Below, one piece after another: positions 29,417 through 39,508 of a DNA stretch of 64,000 nucleotides. The position numbers were made by a program, and so were the translations under genes. The notes beneath the pieces were generated by a model. It was not told the DNA's origin. It saw nothing but the letters and a program-made list of their open reading frames with translations, and searched no databases. The DNA comes from an uncultured virus (IMG/VR IMGVR_UViG_3300032167_005167) (lineage: Duplodnaviria; Heunggongvirae; Uroviricota; Caudoviricetes), in IMG/VR virus record IMGVR_UViG_3300032167_005167; one strand, 5' to 3'. Every line of letters begins with the position of its first letter. The stretch's first letter is position 1.

Positions 29417-29548
29417 ATGTTTGCTGTTTCCATGAAGTCGGATCTGTGCAAAGAACTTAGTCTGGTACTGCCGGAATCGCAGTATCATATTTTGTCATGC
29501 CTGCATTCGACGAAGATGGAAGCGCTGAACCCTCGAAGGCTCTGCTAA
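29417..29548 (+). CDS. 43-aa putative leader peptide upstream of rtcB (not in ORF track)
   Basis: Promoter ATGACA-17-TATACT (29354-29382), RBS AAAGGAG, MFAVSMKSDLCKELS...PRRLC. Confidence 0.5.
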   Translation: MFAVSMKSDLCKELSLVLPESQYHILSCLHSTKMEALNPRRLC

Positions 29549-29574
29549 CATAGGATAGGCGCAATTGTACCCTC

Positions 29575-29613
29575 AGTCCACCCGTCAATGCATGGCGGGT
29601 GGATTTTATTTTT
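29575..29613 (+). terminator. terminator/attenuator between leader ORF and rtcB
   Basis: TCCACCCGTCA-ATGCA-TGGCGGGTGGA then TTTTATTTTT. Confidence 0.65.
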
Positions 29614-29634
29614 ACCGATTCCAGGAGGTGGAAT

Positions 29635-30834
29635 ATGATTATTCAAGGAAAGGTCGCTACGGCTATTGCATATGCAAGCGTGATCGAGCAAGAGGCCATT
29701 GATCAGATTCGTCGCATGTGCGACTACGATTTTACAGAGGGCTGCAAGATTCGAATCATGCCTGACGTTCATGCTGGCAAGGGATGTACGATCGGCACGA
29801 CCATGACCATCCAGGACAAGGCCGTTCCCAATGTGGTCGGTGTAGATATCGGATGCGGTATGTATACCGTCAAGCTGAATGAGCGTGAGGTTGACTTTGC
29901 GCGCTTCGATGAGGCAGCACATTACGTTCCTTCTGGCATGAATGTCTGGGAAGGGAGAAAGGAGCCTTTTGATCTGGAGGCGCTGCGCTGCTACCGTGCG
30001 CTCAAGGATACTCGCAGGCTCCAGCGGTCTCTGGGTACACTGGGCGGCGGCAACCACTTCATCGAGATCGATCGAGCAGCAGATGGTACGCTGTACCTCG
30101 TTATCCATACCGGCAGCCGGAACCTTGGCAAGCAGGTGGCCGAGCATTATCAGAACCTTGCGATCGAACTGAACCAAGGTCGTGAGGAGTATTTCAAGAA
30201 GCGCGATGCGATCATTGCTGAGTACAAGGCAGCAGGACGGCGCAAGGAGATTCAAGCTGCCCTCAAGGAGCTGCATTGGGCTAACAAGCCTTTGACGGTT
30301 CCGGAGGATCTGTGCTATGTGTACGGCGAGTATCTGGATGACTACCTGCACGACGTAGAGCTTTGCCAGCAGTTTGCTCGTCGCAACCGTGAGCTGATTG
30401 CAGAGATTCTGCTTTCCCGCTCTGGATTGACCGGCGGCGATGCGTTTCACACCATTCACAACTACATTGATACACAGGAGATGATTCTGCGTAAGGGTGC
30501 CATTGCAGCGCACAAGGGAGAGAAGGTACTCATCCCGATCAACATGCGTGACGGATCTGTTCTCGCCATCGGTCGCGGCAATCCTGAGTGGAACTACTCT
30601 GCGCCGCATGGCGCTGGCCGCCTGATGTCTCGAACTGCAGCGCGTCAGACACTCGACATGGAAGCATACGCGGATGCCATGAAGGGCATCTACACGACTT
30701 CTGTTAACCCTTCTACCATTGACGAGGCTCCGATGGCCTATAAGTCCCTTGAGGACATCATCGGAGTCATTCGGGATTCAGTCGATGTGATCGACATTAT
30801 GAAGCCCATCTACAATTTCAAGGCTTCCGACTAA
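29635..30834 (+). CDS. rtcB: RNA 2',3'-cyclic phosphate/5'-OH ligase RtcB
   Basis: MPDVHAG, VGVDIGCG, LGTLGGGNHFIE, IHTGSR, HNY, RKGA, HGAGR, DEAPMAYK. Confidence 0.95.
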   Translation: MIIQGKVATAIAYASVIEQEAIDQIRRMCDYDFTEGCKIRIMPDVHAGKGCTIGTTMTIQDKAVPNVVGVDIGCGMYTVKLNEREVDFARFDEAAHYVPSGMNVWEGRKEPFDLEALRCYRALKDTRRLQRSLGTLGGGNHFIEIDRAADGTLYLVIHTGSRNLGKQVAEHYQNLAIELNQGREEYFKKRDAIIAEYKAAGRRKEIQAALKELHWANKPLTVPEDLCYVYGEYLDDYLHDVELCQQFARRNRELIAEILLSRSGLTGGDAFHTIHNYIDTQEMILRKGAIAAHKGEKVLIPINMRDGSVLAIGRGNPEWNYSAPHGAGRLMSRTAARQTLDMEAYADAMKGIYTTSVNPSTIDEAPMAYKSLEDIIGVIRDSVDVIDIMKPIYNFKASD

Positions 30835-30869
30835 GCTGCGGCTGGCCGGTTGCCAGAAAGGAGAAACCT

Positions 30870-31103
30870 ATGAATCTTCCTGTTGTAAACATGAAGCAGA
30901 CCGGCCAGAATATCACCATGCTTCGTGAGCAGCGAGGCATTTCTGTCAAGCAGCTCCAGCGCATGATGGGTTTTGCGACACCGCAAGCTATCTACAAGTG
31001 GCAGCACGGAGAGTCTTTGCCGACGGTGGACAACCTTGTGGCACTTTCAGTGATCTTTGCTGTTCCTATTGATACGATTCTCATTACCGGGGCTGCTGCA
31101 TAG
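30870..31103 (+). CDS. XRE HTH regulator
   Basis: ISVKQLQ..TPQAIYKWQHG..PTVDNL. Confidence 0.85.
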   Translation: MNLPVVNMKQTGQNITMLREQRGISVKQLQRMMGFATPQAIYKWQHGESLPTVDNLVALSVIFAVPIDTILITGAAA

Positions 31104-31122
31104 ACCGAATACACACGACACA

Positions 31123-31169
31123 GCGGATGATACAGAACAATTCTGTATTATCCGCTTTTTTTATTTTTT
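31123..31169 (+). terminator. intrinsic terminator closing the rtcB cassette
   Basis: AGCGGATGATACAGAA-CAA-TTCTGTATTATCCGCT then T-run. Confidence 0.75.
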
Positions 31170-31170
31170 A

Positions 31171-31214
31171 GGGGTTCGAAACCCTTCGAGAGTTCGCTTA
31201 TCGCCAGAGGGCAG
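31171..31214 (+). promoter_or_regulatory. GGGGTTCG-N14-TTCGCTTAT-N3-CAGAGGG motif, copy 3
   Basis: Precedes the primase operon. Confidence 0.6.
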
Positions 31215-31320
31215 CGAAAAAGCAGACCCAGAAAGGCGGTAACCAAATGATTCGCAATCTATCAACCGGTGTCCACGCTTTCATAGCTGGGCGGACTACA
31301 CATGAAAGGTGGGATAACTC

Positions 31321-31743
31321 GTGAAGCTCAGCAAGTTCAACCATGAAGGGTACAACGATCCGACCGTGTACAAAGCGCTTACCAGTATTGAAAAGGAGCG
31401 AAAGCTAGAAGCACGTTTCAGACCAATGGTTTATATCTGCTCGCCATATGCAGAAAACATCGATAGGAATGTAGCCAATGCGCAACGGTATTCGCGGTTT
31501 GCAGTCGACAGTGGGTGTCTTCCAATCACGCCGCATCTGTACTTCCCGCAGTTCCTGGATGACAACAACAAGCATGACAGACGCATTGCGATGCTCATGA
31601 ACAGGATTCTGATGGGGAATTGTTCAGAAGTTTGGGTATTCGGGGATCGATTCACTCAGGGGATGGAAGCAGAGATCCGAATGGCTAATGAGAAGAAAAT
31701 GCCTATTCGCTACTTTACAAGGAGATGCAAGGAGATTCACTGA
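31321..31743 (+). CDS. DUF4406-like (nucleoside deoxyribosyltransferase-fold) phage protein
   Basis: VYICSPY, PHLYFPQF, CSEVWVFG..GMEAEI. Confidence 0.75.
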   Translation: MKLSKFNHEGYNDPTVYKALTSIEKERKLEARFRPMVYICSPYAENIDRNVANAQRYSRFAVDSGCLPITPHLYFPQFLDDNNKHDRRIAMLMNRILMGNCSEVWVFGDRFTQGMEAEIRMANEKKMPIRYFTRRCKEIH

Positions 31744-34055
31744 TGGCAGAAATCAAGCTATATTTTGCCGACTGTGCGGGTACTCCGAGCAATTGCAGCT
31801 ATCCGCATGAAGCGGTCATCACGGATGAAACGATTCTGCGTCAGGTTGTTCGCCGTGATTATGTGTGCGTTGCCTATCAGAAAGGCTATCGTGCGAACTC
31901 AAATTTTCTAACCACAACTTGTCTGGGCATGGACTGCGACAACGACCATTCTGAGAACCCGGATGAGTGGGTTACCCCTGAAGACGTGCGCAGGACGTTC
32001 CCGGATACGACCTTTGCTGTGCATTTTAGTCGCAACAGCATGAAGGAGAAGCGTGGAAAAGCTCCACGTCCGAAGTTCCATGTGCTTTTCCTCATTGACG
32101 AGATGACGGATCACGCTGAATACAGCAATTTGAAGAAGCGCGTGAACAGCATCTTCCCGTACTTTGATACCCGGGCGCTTGATGCAGCACGTTTTTTCTT
32201 CGGTACTGATGACCCAGAGGTCGAGTTCCATTCCGGCAAGATGACGCTGAACGAGTGTATAGAGATGTACTACCCGGAATGCGACGAGAATGCTTTCTGG
32301 GATTTGGACATCAATTGCTCCGGCACGATTCCTGAAGGCAGCCGAAACAGTACGATGTCTCATTTCGCCGGGCGCGTGCTCAAACGCTTTGGAGACACCG
32401 AAGAAGCTTACGCGGCCTATATGGAACGTGCGGCGAAGTGTGAGCCTCCGCTGGAAGATGCGGAGCTGATGACCATCTGGCGGAGTGCTCAAGGTTTCTA
32501 TCAGCGTGTTTCTGCGCAGGACAACTATGTGCCGCCTGAACAGTGGAACGTTGAGCACAGCAGCAAATTTACTTATGAACCTGAGGACCGAACGGATGTT
32601 GGTGAAGCGCGTTTGCTTGGCAAGTTCTTTTCTCAGCAACTGCGTTATTCACCCGCAACGGACTATATCCGCTATGACGGGGCATGTTGGCAAGAAACAA
32701 AGCCAGGTGCGCGTGATATCGTCCATCAGCTAACGGATCTTCAGCTTCAAGAAGCTGAAACGGCTATTTCCGAAGCACTCAAGAAGATGATTGCCAACGG
32801 TGCACAGGGAGTTGTGAATGAGAACTCGCGTAAAAAGGCAGAAGGCATGATGTCTCCAGATCAGGCAGAAGCTTACCACGATTATCTGGCAGCAGAAGCT
32901 TATCGCGCGTTTGCCTATAAGCGTCGGGATTCTAAGAGCATTAGTGCAACGCTGAAAGAAGCCCAACCCGTACTAGAGATTCAGCCGCGTGTACTGGATA
33001 AGGACTGGTTCCTGCTCTGTACACCTAATGGCACCTATGATCTTCGCAAGGGACTGGATGGCCTGCGTGAGCATAGCCCAGACGATTTCATTACGAAGAT
33101 GACCGCATACGCGCCTTCTGACAAGGGCACAGAGATTTGGCAGGAGGCATTGACCACCTTCTTCTGCGGTGATCAGTCTTTGATTGAGTATGTGCAGCGC
33201 GTTGCTGGCAGTGTGTGTGTAGGCCAGGTATTTCAGGAAGCGATGATCATTGCCTACGGCGATGGCCGAAACGGCAAGTCTACGTTCTGGAATACACTTG
33301 CACGCGTTATGGGCAGCTATAGCGGTAACATTTCTGCTGACGCACTGACCATGAACTGCAAGCGCAATGTCAAGCCCGAGATGGCAGAGACCAAAGGAAA
33401 GCGGATCATGATCGCTGCAGAGCTTGAAGAAGGCACACGGCTTAACACAAGCATGGTCAAGCAGCTGACTTCAACAGACCCTGTTTTTGCAGAAAAGAAG
33501 TACAAAGATCCGTTCAGCTTTGTTCCTAGCCATACGCTGGTCCTTTATACCAATCATCTTCCGAAGGTTGGCGCGAAGGATACAGGTATCTGGCGACGCC
33601 TGATCGTTATTCCTTTCAAGGCAAAGATTGAGGGGAAGAGCGATATCAAGAACTATACCGAGTATCTCTGCGAAAACGCCGGTGAAGCAATTATGAAATG
33701 GATGATCGAGGGCGCGCAGCAGGCTGTTGACCTCGGTTTCAAGTTTCCGTTTCCGCAATGTGTCTCGGATGCCATTGCTGCCTATAGAGCTGAAAACGAT
33801 TGGCTCGGACATTTTATTGAAGAGTGCTGTGAGACTGGCACCGACATGACTGCCAAATCTGGTGAACTGTACTCTGCATACCGCGCCTACAGTGCAGCCA
33901 ACGGAGAATACGTTCGCAGCACTACGGACTTTTATGCGGCGTTGGAAGCTGACGGATTCATCCGAGTTCGTGCTCGAGCGGGTAATCTTATCAAGGGCCT
34001 TCAGCTCGTCAGTTCGAATGATCCGCAGGACGAGTTCCCAGACTTCTTAACCTAA
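31743..34055 (+). CDS. P4-family primase/helicase
   Basis: DCDNDH, PriCT-like EGSRN, Walker A GDGRNGKST, LYTNHLP, IWRRL. Confidence 0.92.
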   Translation: MAEIKLYFADCAGTPSNCSYPHEAVITDETILRQVVRRDYVCVAYQKGYRANSNFLTTTCLGMDCDNDHSENPDEWVTPEDVRRTFPDTTFAVHFSRNSMKEKRGKAPRPKFHVLFLIDEMTDHAEYSNLKKRVNSIFPYFDTRALDAARFFFGTDDPEVEFHSGKMTLNECIEMYYPECDENAFWDLDINCSGTIPEGSRNSTMSHFAGRVLKRFGDTEEAYAAYMERAAKCEPPLEDAELMTIWRSAQGFYQRVSAQDNYVPPEQWNVEHSSKFTYEPEDRTDVGEARLLGKFFSQQLRYSPATDYIRYDGACWQETKPGARDIVHQLTDLQLQEAETAISEALKKMIANGAQGVVNENSRKKAEGMMSPDQAEAYHDYLAAEAYRAFAYKRRDSKSISATLKEAQPVLEIQPRVLDKDWFLLCTPNGTYDLRKGLDGLREHSPDDFITKMTAYAPSDKGTEIWQEALTTFFCGDQSLIEYVQRVAGSVCVGQVFQEAMIIAYGDGRNGKSTFWNTLARVMGSYSGNISADALTMNCKRNVKPEMAETKGKRIMIAAELEEGTRLNTSMVKQLTSTDPVFAEKKYKDPFSFVPSHTLVLYTNHLPKVGAKDTGIWRRLIVIPFKAKIEGKSDIKNYTEYLCENAGEAIMKWMIEGAQQAVDLGFKFPFPQCVSDAIAAYRAENDWLGHFIEECCETGTDMTAKSGELYSAYRAYSAANGEYVRSTTDFYAALEADGFIRVRARAGNLIKGLQLVSSNDPQDEFPDFLT

Positions 34056-34072
34056 ACACATATTAATAGGAG

Positions 34073-34188
34073 GTGTGGAAGTCGTGGAAGTCATACCAGA
34101 AAACTGTCTATAGAGAAAAAATAGATTAAATATAACCTAAATAAAGCTCTATAGGGGTTTTACGCGGGGACCTCCACGACCTCCACAC
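34073..34188. repeat. 20-bp inverted repeat flanking an AT-rich core; putative replication origin
   Basis: GTGTGGAAGTCGTGGAAGTC (34073-92) versus GACCTCCACGACCTCCACAC (34169-88), 18/20 match. Confidence 0.6.
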
Positions 34189-34215
34189 AGTACACAGACA
34201 GGAGGAAAACACATT

Positions 34216-34422
34216 ATGAGTTTTTATAATTGGATGATCCGGAACTACATCAACGACAGATCTACGACAGGTGCCGTCGCAAGACTTATGAACGCCAATA
34301 AGAAAATGTTCCGTCGTGCTAGGGGCTATACGAAGAATCGTAACAATTTTGAACAGCTGTCCTCTCGCCAAGATTACCATGACGCTTTTGACAGGGCTTG
34401 GGGCGTTTACCGCAATCTCTGA
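34216..34422 (+). CDS. YozE-like small protein
   Basis: MSFYNWM..AFDRAWGVY; RBS GGAGG. Confidence 0.6.
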   Translation: MSFYNWMIRNYINDRSTTGAVARLMNANKKMFRRARGYTKNRNNFEQLSSRQDYHDAFDRAWGVYRNL

Positions 34423-34434
34423 CTTCAGCCCCCG

Positions 34435-34716
34435 ATGCGTGAGAAAAGCATAGAAAGCAAGCTTGTTGTAGAGGTACGCAGGAAAGGCGGTCTGGCTCCA
34501 AAGTTTGTCAGTCCTGGATTCGACGGTGTGCCAGACCGCCTGATCCTCTTGCCTGGTGGCAAGGCAGCGTTTGCTGAGTTGAAAGCCCCCGGCAAAACAC
34601 TCCGCCCGCTGCAAGCTGTACGAAAGCGTCAATTGGAAGAACTGGGATTCCGAGTGTATGTCATTGATAGCTCAGAACAGATAGGAGGTGTACTGAATGA
34701 ATTATCAAGCTCATGA
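34435..34716 (+). CDS. VRR-NUC domain nuclease
   Basis: GVPDRL, FAELKAPG, LQ. Confidence 0.9.
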   Translation: MREKSIESKLVVEVRRKGGLAPKFVSPGFDGVPDRLILLPGGKAAFAELKAPGKTLRPLQAVRKRQLEELGFRVYVIDSSEQIGGVLNELSSS

Positions 34717-36052
34717 GTATCAACAGTACGCCACGGATTTCATTATCAAACACCCAACTGCAGCCGTCTTTCTGGAAATGGGTCTGGGCAAGAGTGTGAT
34801 TGCCCTGACCGCTATCCTGGAACTCTGCTTGGATAGATTCGAGATCAGCAGGGTGCTGGTCATTGCTCCGCTGCGCGTGGCTAGGGACACGTGGCCTACG
34901 GAGATCCGGAAATGGGATCACCTAAGCAGCCTGACCTATTCGGTTGCAGTAGGTAGCGCAAAGGAGCGCCAGGAAGCACTTCGGCAGAAAACCTTCGTTC
35001 ATATCATCAACAGGGAGAACGTACAGTGGCTGATTGAGGAAAGCAAAATCCCATGGCAATACGACATGGTTGTTATTGACGAACTCTCTTCATTTAAGAG
35101 CCATCAATCCAAACGATTCAAAAGCCTTATGAAAGCCAGGCCTGGGGTAAGACGTATCGTCGGTCTTACAGGCACACCCTCCAGCAACGGTCTGATGGAC
35201 CTATGGGCAGAATTCCGTGTGCTGGACATGGGCAAGCGACTCGGGCGGTTCATCACACATTATCGTGAGCAGTTCTTTGAGCCGGATCGCCGCAATGGAA
35301 TGCAGGTTTTCTCTTACAAACCCCGGCAAGGGGCAGAGCAAGAGATTTATCGCAGAATCAGAGACATCACCATTTCCATGCGCAGCGCAGAGTACCTCAA
35401 AATGCCGGAATGCGTAATGAATACAGTGCCTGTCACGCTCAATGGCACAGAGTACGGGCTGTATGCTGAAATGGAAAAGAATATGGTGACCAAGCTTGAT
35501 GGCATCGAGATCGATGCGATGAATGCTGCGGTTCTAACCGGCAAGCTTTGTCAGCTGGCCAGCGGGGCGATCTACACCCCAGAAGGGGAAACAGCATACT
35601 TCCATGAACGAAAGCTGGATGCCTTGGAGGACTTGATCGAGGGAGCCAATGGGAAACCCGTATTGATTGCGTACTGGTTCAAGCATGACCTTGAGCGCAT
35701 AAAGGAACGGTTCAAGGTTCGAGAGCTAAAAAGCAGCAAGGATATCAAGGATTGGAATGCGGGGAAGATCCCGATAGCGGTTATCCATCCGGCTTCTGCT
35801 GGCCATGGACTTAACCTGCAAGCCGGTGGCTCTACGTTGATTTGGTTTTCGCTGACTTGGTCACTAGAACTGTACCAGCAGACCAACGCGCGTTTGTGGC
35901 GACAGGGGCAGCAAGCAGAAACAGTTATCATTCATCACATTGTAGCGCGAGGAACCGTTGACGAAAACGTCATGCAAGCGCTGATCAATAAGGACAAGTC
36001 TCAAGCGGCCCTTATGAGGGCAGTACGAGCGAGAGTGGAGGCACGAAAATGA
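34697..36052 (+). CDS. SNF2-family helicase
   Basis: MGLGKS, DELS, LTGTP, GHGLNLQ, QTNARLWRQG. Confidence 0.92.
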   Translation: MNYQAHEYQQYATDFIIKHPTAAVFLEMGLGKSVIALTAILELCLDRFEISRVLVIAPLRVARDTWPTEIRKWDHLSSLTYSVAVGSAKERQEALRQKTFVHIINRENVQWLIEESKIPWQYDMVVIDELSSFKSHQSKRFKSLMKARPGVRRIVGLTGTPSSNGLMDLWAEFRVLDMGKRLGRFITHYREQFFEPDRRNGMQVFSYKPRQGAEQEIYRRIRDITISMRSAEYLKMPECVMNTVPVTLNGTEYGLYAEMEKNMVTKLDGIEIDAMNAAVLTGKLCQLASGAIYTPEGETAYFHERKLDALEDLIEGANGKPVLIAYWFKHDLERIKERFKVRELKSSKDIKDWNAGKIPIAVIHPASAGHGLNLQAGGSTLIWFSLTWSLELYQQTNARLWRQGQQAETVIIHHIVARGTVDENVMQALINKDKSQAALMRAVRARVEARK

Positions 36053-36285
36053 GCAACGAAATGAACAATAGCGGCTGGCAGCGACTCGGTGAAGCAGTCG
36101 TTTTGCAGGCTGCAAAGGATTACAGAACTGTACTTCGCCGTTTGAAGTGGCGTTCAGACAGCTATGAACTGATCAAGGAAAAGCGTTCGCTGGAACACTT
36201 CTTTCGCTCGAAGTGGTTTAGGACGCTGTGCGATATGGATGGGAGTGTTCTTGTGAACAGGATTAGGGGAGAAGTAAGCCGATGA
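36049..36285 (+). CDS. hypothetical phage protein
   Basis: AVVLQAAKDY..FFRSKWF. Confidence 0.7.
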   Translation: MSNEMNNSGWQRLGEAVVLQAAKDYRTVLRRLKWRSDSYELIKEKRSLEHFFRSKWFRTLCDMDGSVLVNRIRGEVSR

Positions 36286-36734
36286 ACGCAAAAGAGTATT
36301 TGAATCAAGCGTATCGACTCGACCAGCGTATCTCCAGCAAGCTCGAACAAGTTGCGGCTCTCCGGGCGCTGACACAGCGGGTGACTGCTTCTTATGAAGG
36401 TGAGGTGGTGTCGCGAACGCGGAATGTCAGCGCATTGGAAGATACCATTTTCAGGCTAATGGAGGCAGAAGCGGAGCTCAACAGTACAATTGACGCGCTG
36501 GTCGATTTAAAACGCGACGTATACGCGACAATCCAGAAGGTAGAGAAGCCAGAGTATCAGTTCCTGCTGGAGATGCGGTATCTGTGCTTTAAGAGCTGGA
36601 TCGAGATCGCGGATCAGATGCACTTGGAAGAACACTATGTCTTCAGGGTTCACGGGCAGGCGCTTCGAGAAGTGGAAAAGATTCTAAAAGCAGATGAAGC
36701 AGAAAAGAAGATAGTAAAAGATAGTGGAAGATAG
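36282..36734 (+). CDS. ArpU/RinA-like late transcriptional activator
   Basis: MNAKEYL, LEMRY..WIEIA..HGQAL. Confidence 0.8.
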   Translation: MNAKEYLNQAYRLDQRISSKLEQVAALRALTQRVTASYEGEVVSRTRNVSALEDTIFRLMEAEAELNSTIDALVDLKRDVYATIQKVEKPEYQFLLEMRYLCFKSWIEIADQMHLEEHYVFRVHGQALREVEKILKADEAEKKIVKDSGR

Positions 36735-36834
36735 TCGCTTAACTGTGCTATGATAAGCTCAGGAAAATCGACAGGGAGCGGAGAAATCCAGCTCCCTTTT
36801 TTCGTACCCAAATAATATGAAAAGGAGAAAAACA

Positions 36835-37914
36835 ATGCTATTTACATGTGAACAGGTTTCAGGAGGGCACCCGGACAAGATCTGTGATCAGATCTCGGAC
36901 GCTATCGTAACGGACTGCCTCAAGCACGATCGAAACAGCCGAGTGGCGGTTGAATGTATGATTAAGGGCTACAACATTACCGTGGCCGGAGAAATCACTT
37001 CAAAGCATACGCCGGATTGTGATGAGCTGGCACGAGAGGTGCTTTCAAAGTACGTTCAGGAAGAGGAGCTTCCGAAGTACAGTATTTCTGTTAATCTGAC
37101 GTGCCAAAGTGCGGATATCGCGAAGGGCATTGAAAGAGATGGATGGGATGGTGAGCTTGGGGCAGGAGATCAGAGTATGGTCTTTGGTTATGCTACCTCT
37201 GAGACGCCGGAAATGCTGCCGCTGCCGTATGTGCTCGCGTGTGCGGCGCTTGAGCATCTGCGCGATGCGAAGATCCCTTTCCTGCTTGCGGATGCAAAGT
37301 GCCAGGTGACTTTTGACTATGAAAAGCACCGTATTGATACGTTCCTGATTTCTACGCAGCACACAGCTGATGTTGCTTTTGAACAGGTGTACAAAGCTGT
37401 CTCGACGGTTATGAAAGAAACTGCGAGGAGTTATGACCTGAACACGGATTTCAAAGCACTGGTGAACCCTACTGGTCGATTTGTGATCGGTGGTTCGTTT
37501 GCCGATACAGGTGTGACGGGCAGAAAGATTGTTGCCGATACATATGGCGGTGCATGTCGCCATGGTGGTGGCGCGTTCAGCGGCAAAGATCCGACGAAGA
37601 TGGATCGCTCGGCAGCTTATATGGCGAGAAAGGCTGCCAAGGAAATTATTCGCCTTGGTGTGGCTGATAAGGTTGAAGTGCAGCTGGCTTACGCAATTGG
37701 GTTGGCAGATCCGGTATCGATTTCTGTTGAATGCTATGGAACAAGCCGTGTGCCTGAATCTTTCATCATCCATTGGATCCAGAAGAAGTTTAATCTGACT
37801 CCGGAAGGCATCATTAAAGATCTGGGTTTGCTGGATATCGATTACACTCAGGTATCTACCGGTGGCCATTTCCGATGCGCTGAGATGCCGTGGGAGAAGT
37901 TAAATATAAATTGA
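36835..37914 (+). CDS. metK: S-adenosylmethionine synthetase
   Basis: GHPDKICDQISD, GAGDQ, GRKIVADTYG, GGGAFSGKD. Confidence 0.93.
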   Translation: MLFTCEQVSGGHPDKICDQISDAIVTDCLKHDRNSRVAVECMIKGYNITVAGEITSKHTPDCDELAREVLSKYVQEEELPKYSISVNLTCQSADIAKGIERDGWDGELGAGDQSMVFGYATSETPEMLPLPYVLACAALEHLRDAKIPFLLADAKCQVTFDYEKHRIDTFLISTQHTADVAFEQVYKAVSTVMKETARSYDLNTDFKALVNPTGRFVIGGSFADTGVTGRKIVADTYGGACRHGGGAFSGKDPTKMDRSAAYMARKAAKEIIRLGVADKVEVQLAYAIGLADPVSISVECYGTSRVPESFIIHWIQKKFNLTPEGIIKDLGLLDIDYTQVSTGGHFRCAEMPWEKLNIN

Positions 37915-37986
37915 AAAACATCACTTGACTAATATGGGATTCAGAGTGAGTAATGTCATACCTGAATGAAAAGAGGAGGTTTGGCA

Positions 37987-38859
37987 ATGAATCTGAATAC
38001 CCAGCCAGCGAACCGGAAGGAAATGGTCAAGGCGATTGCTGATTTCACAACTCTGCAGGCAACCTACATGTTTACGCCGTCCTATGCATATCAAATTGGG
38101 CCGATCACGGTCAACCGTGATGGAACGATCACCTGCCACGACGAAGAGATGATTGAGAAGCTCAAACCGATGCTGATCGAACATGGATGGTTGAACGACA
38201 ATGGAGAGGAACAAATAATGGAGGAGGCCGAAGTGGCAGTGGAGATCCAGGAAGAAGAGAAACCTGTGGAGCGCCAGCTTCATGTGGAAGAGATGGATAT
38301 CATCATGCCGGTTGAAGGGTGGAGCATTGGTCAACTGACCAACCTTCTGAAGATCATGTTCAGCAAGCAAAAGCTGATTAACCGGATGTTTCAGAGTAAT
38401 AAGCCGCATGTTGAAGAGTCCTTTGTGAACGCGATTGTGGAAAACCCGCCTGAAACGGTGGATGATTTCGAAGCGAGGGTCCAGGCTGCCATTGAAGCAG
38501 GGTGCCTGCGTGGGCTGCGGATTGCGAACAGAGAGGTGGCCCTCACTGCTCCGTTCTGTGAGGAAGAGCCCACGCGCTGGGTGGCATACGGAACGCTGCT
38601 CAACGGGATTATGCAAAGCGCTCAGAAAGCGACGCGCATTACCTGCAAGCAGATTGTAGACCCAGAGAACGAAAAGTACCATGCCAATAGCTGGCTAATG
38701 CGGATGGGGCTTGGCGGCGCGGTGTACAAGCAGGCGAGAAAGACACTTCTTGGCCACCTGAATGGGTATGCTGCATTCAAGAGCGAAGCGGACATGCAGG
38801 CGCACAAAGCGAAGTACGCACAGCTTCGAAAGGAACTCAGGGAGGGAAGCCATGACTGA
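37987..38859 (+). CDS. conserved phage hypothetical protein (often labelled virulence-related)
   Basis: RKEMVKAI..PSYAYQIG; C-terminal NEKY..WLMRMG..RKTLL motif shared with the amidoligase C-terminus. Confidence 0.7.
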   Translation: MNLNTQPANRKEMVKAIADFTTLQATYMFTPSYAYQIGPITVNRDGTITCHDEEMIEKLKPMLIEHGWLNDNGEEQIMEEAEVAVEIQEEEKPVERQLHVEEMDIIMPVEGWSIGQLTNLLKIMFSKQKLINRMFQSNKPHVEESFVNAIVENPPETVDDFEARVQAAIEAGCLRGLRIANREVALTAPFCEEEPTRWVAYGTLLNGIMQSAQKATRITCKQIVDPENEKYHANSWLMRMGLGGAVYKQARKTLLGHLNGYAAFKSEADMQAHKAKYAQLRKELREGSHD

Positions 38860-39379
38860 GAAGATGAAAAGAAGGCTGCTCGATTTGAAAGCAGCTCAGG
38901 AAAAGGGCAGCGAAACAAGATGCCCCCGCTGCGGCGCAGAAACCATGAAGCATCCGGTACATACGAATGCATTGAGCCGACTAGCTGACATTTATATCTG
39001 TGACGCATGTGGCACAGCGGAAGCGATGCTGGCATTCATGAATCAGTCGCAACCTTTGACCTGCTGGTCGGCTTTTCAGCCGGAAAGACCGGCATCGGAT
39101 TTCAAAGCTCTGGATGTAAATGATGTGTTCATGAGAGTCTTGCAGGATCAGCTTGATACACTCACCGAGATCTGCGAGAAGTGTCGCCGTGAACCTGAGC
39201 ACGCAGACGAATATCGGCTGTTTGCATTTGAGAGCTGTCCCGGATTGACAGAACTGTGGACTGATCCATTTCAGGCTAATTATGACGCGAGGAATGGTAC
39301 GGTCATGGTTAGGTTCAGGGTTGGTGAAGATGGATCGCTGGAAACGCTCGTTCACTCAAAGGATAAAGAGAAGACTTGA
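38852..39379 (+). CDS. zinc-finger hypothetical protein
   Basis: CPRCG..NALSR..ICDACG. Confidence 0.7.
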   Translation: MTEKMKRRLLDLKAAQEKGSETRCPRCGAETMKHPVHTNALSRLADIYICDACGTAEAMLAFMNQSQPLTCWSAFQPERPASDFKALDVNDVFMRVLQDQLDTLTEICEKCRREPEHADEYRLFAFESCPGLTELWTDPFQANYDARNGTVMVRFRVGEDGSLETLVHSKDKEKT

Positions 39380-39508
39380 TTTGAAAGTGCGAGGCAGGGA
39401 TGCTTAGCGCTTTTCTTCTTGGCTTACGTTGCGCCACGTTGGCGCACGTTTGCCAAGAGGCATAGGGGTTGGGGGGAAGGGCCTTGCCGATTTGAAAGCG
39501 GACAAACG

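Noticed and set aside
29545..30609. 354-aa minus-strand ORF
   Set aside because: Antisense shadow of rtcB
31171..31184. tRNA T-arm (GGGGTTCGAAACCC)
   Set aside because: No acceptor, D or anticodon arms can be folded; better explained as the promoter motif
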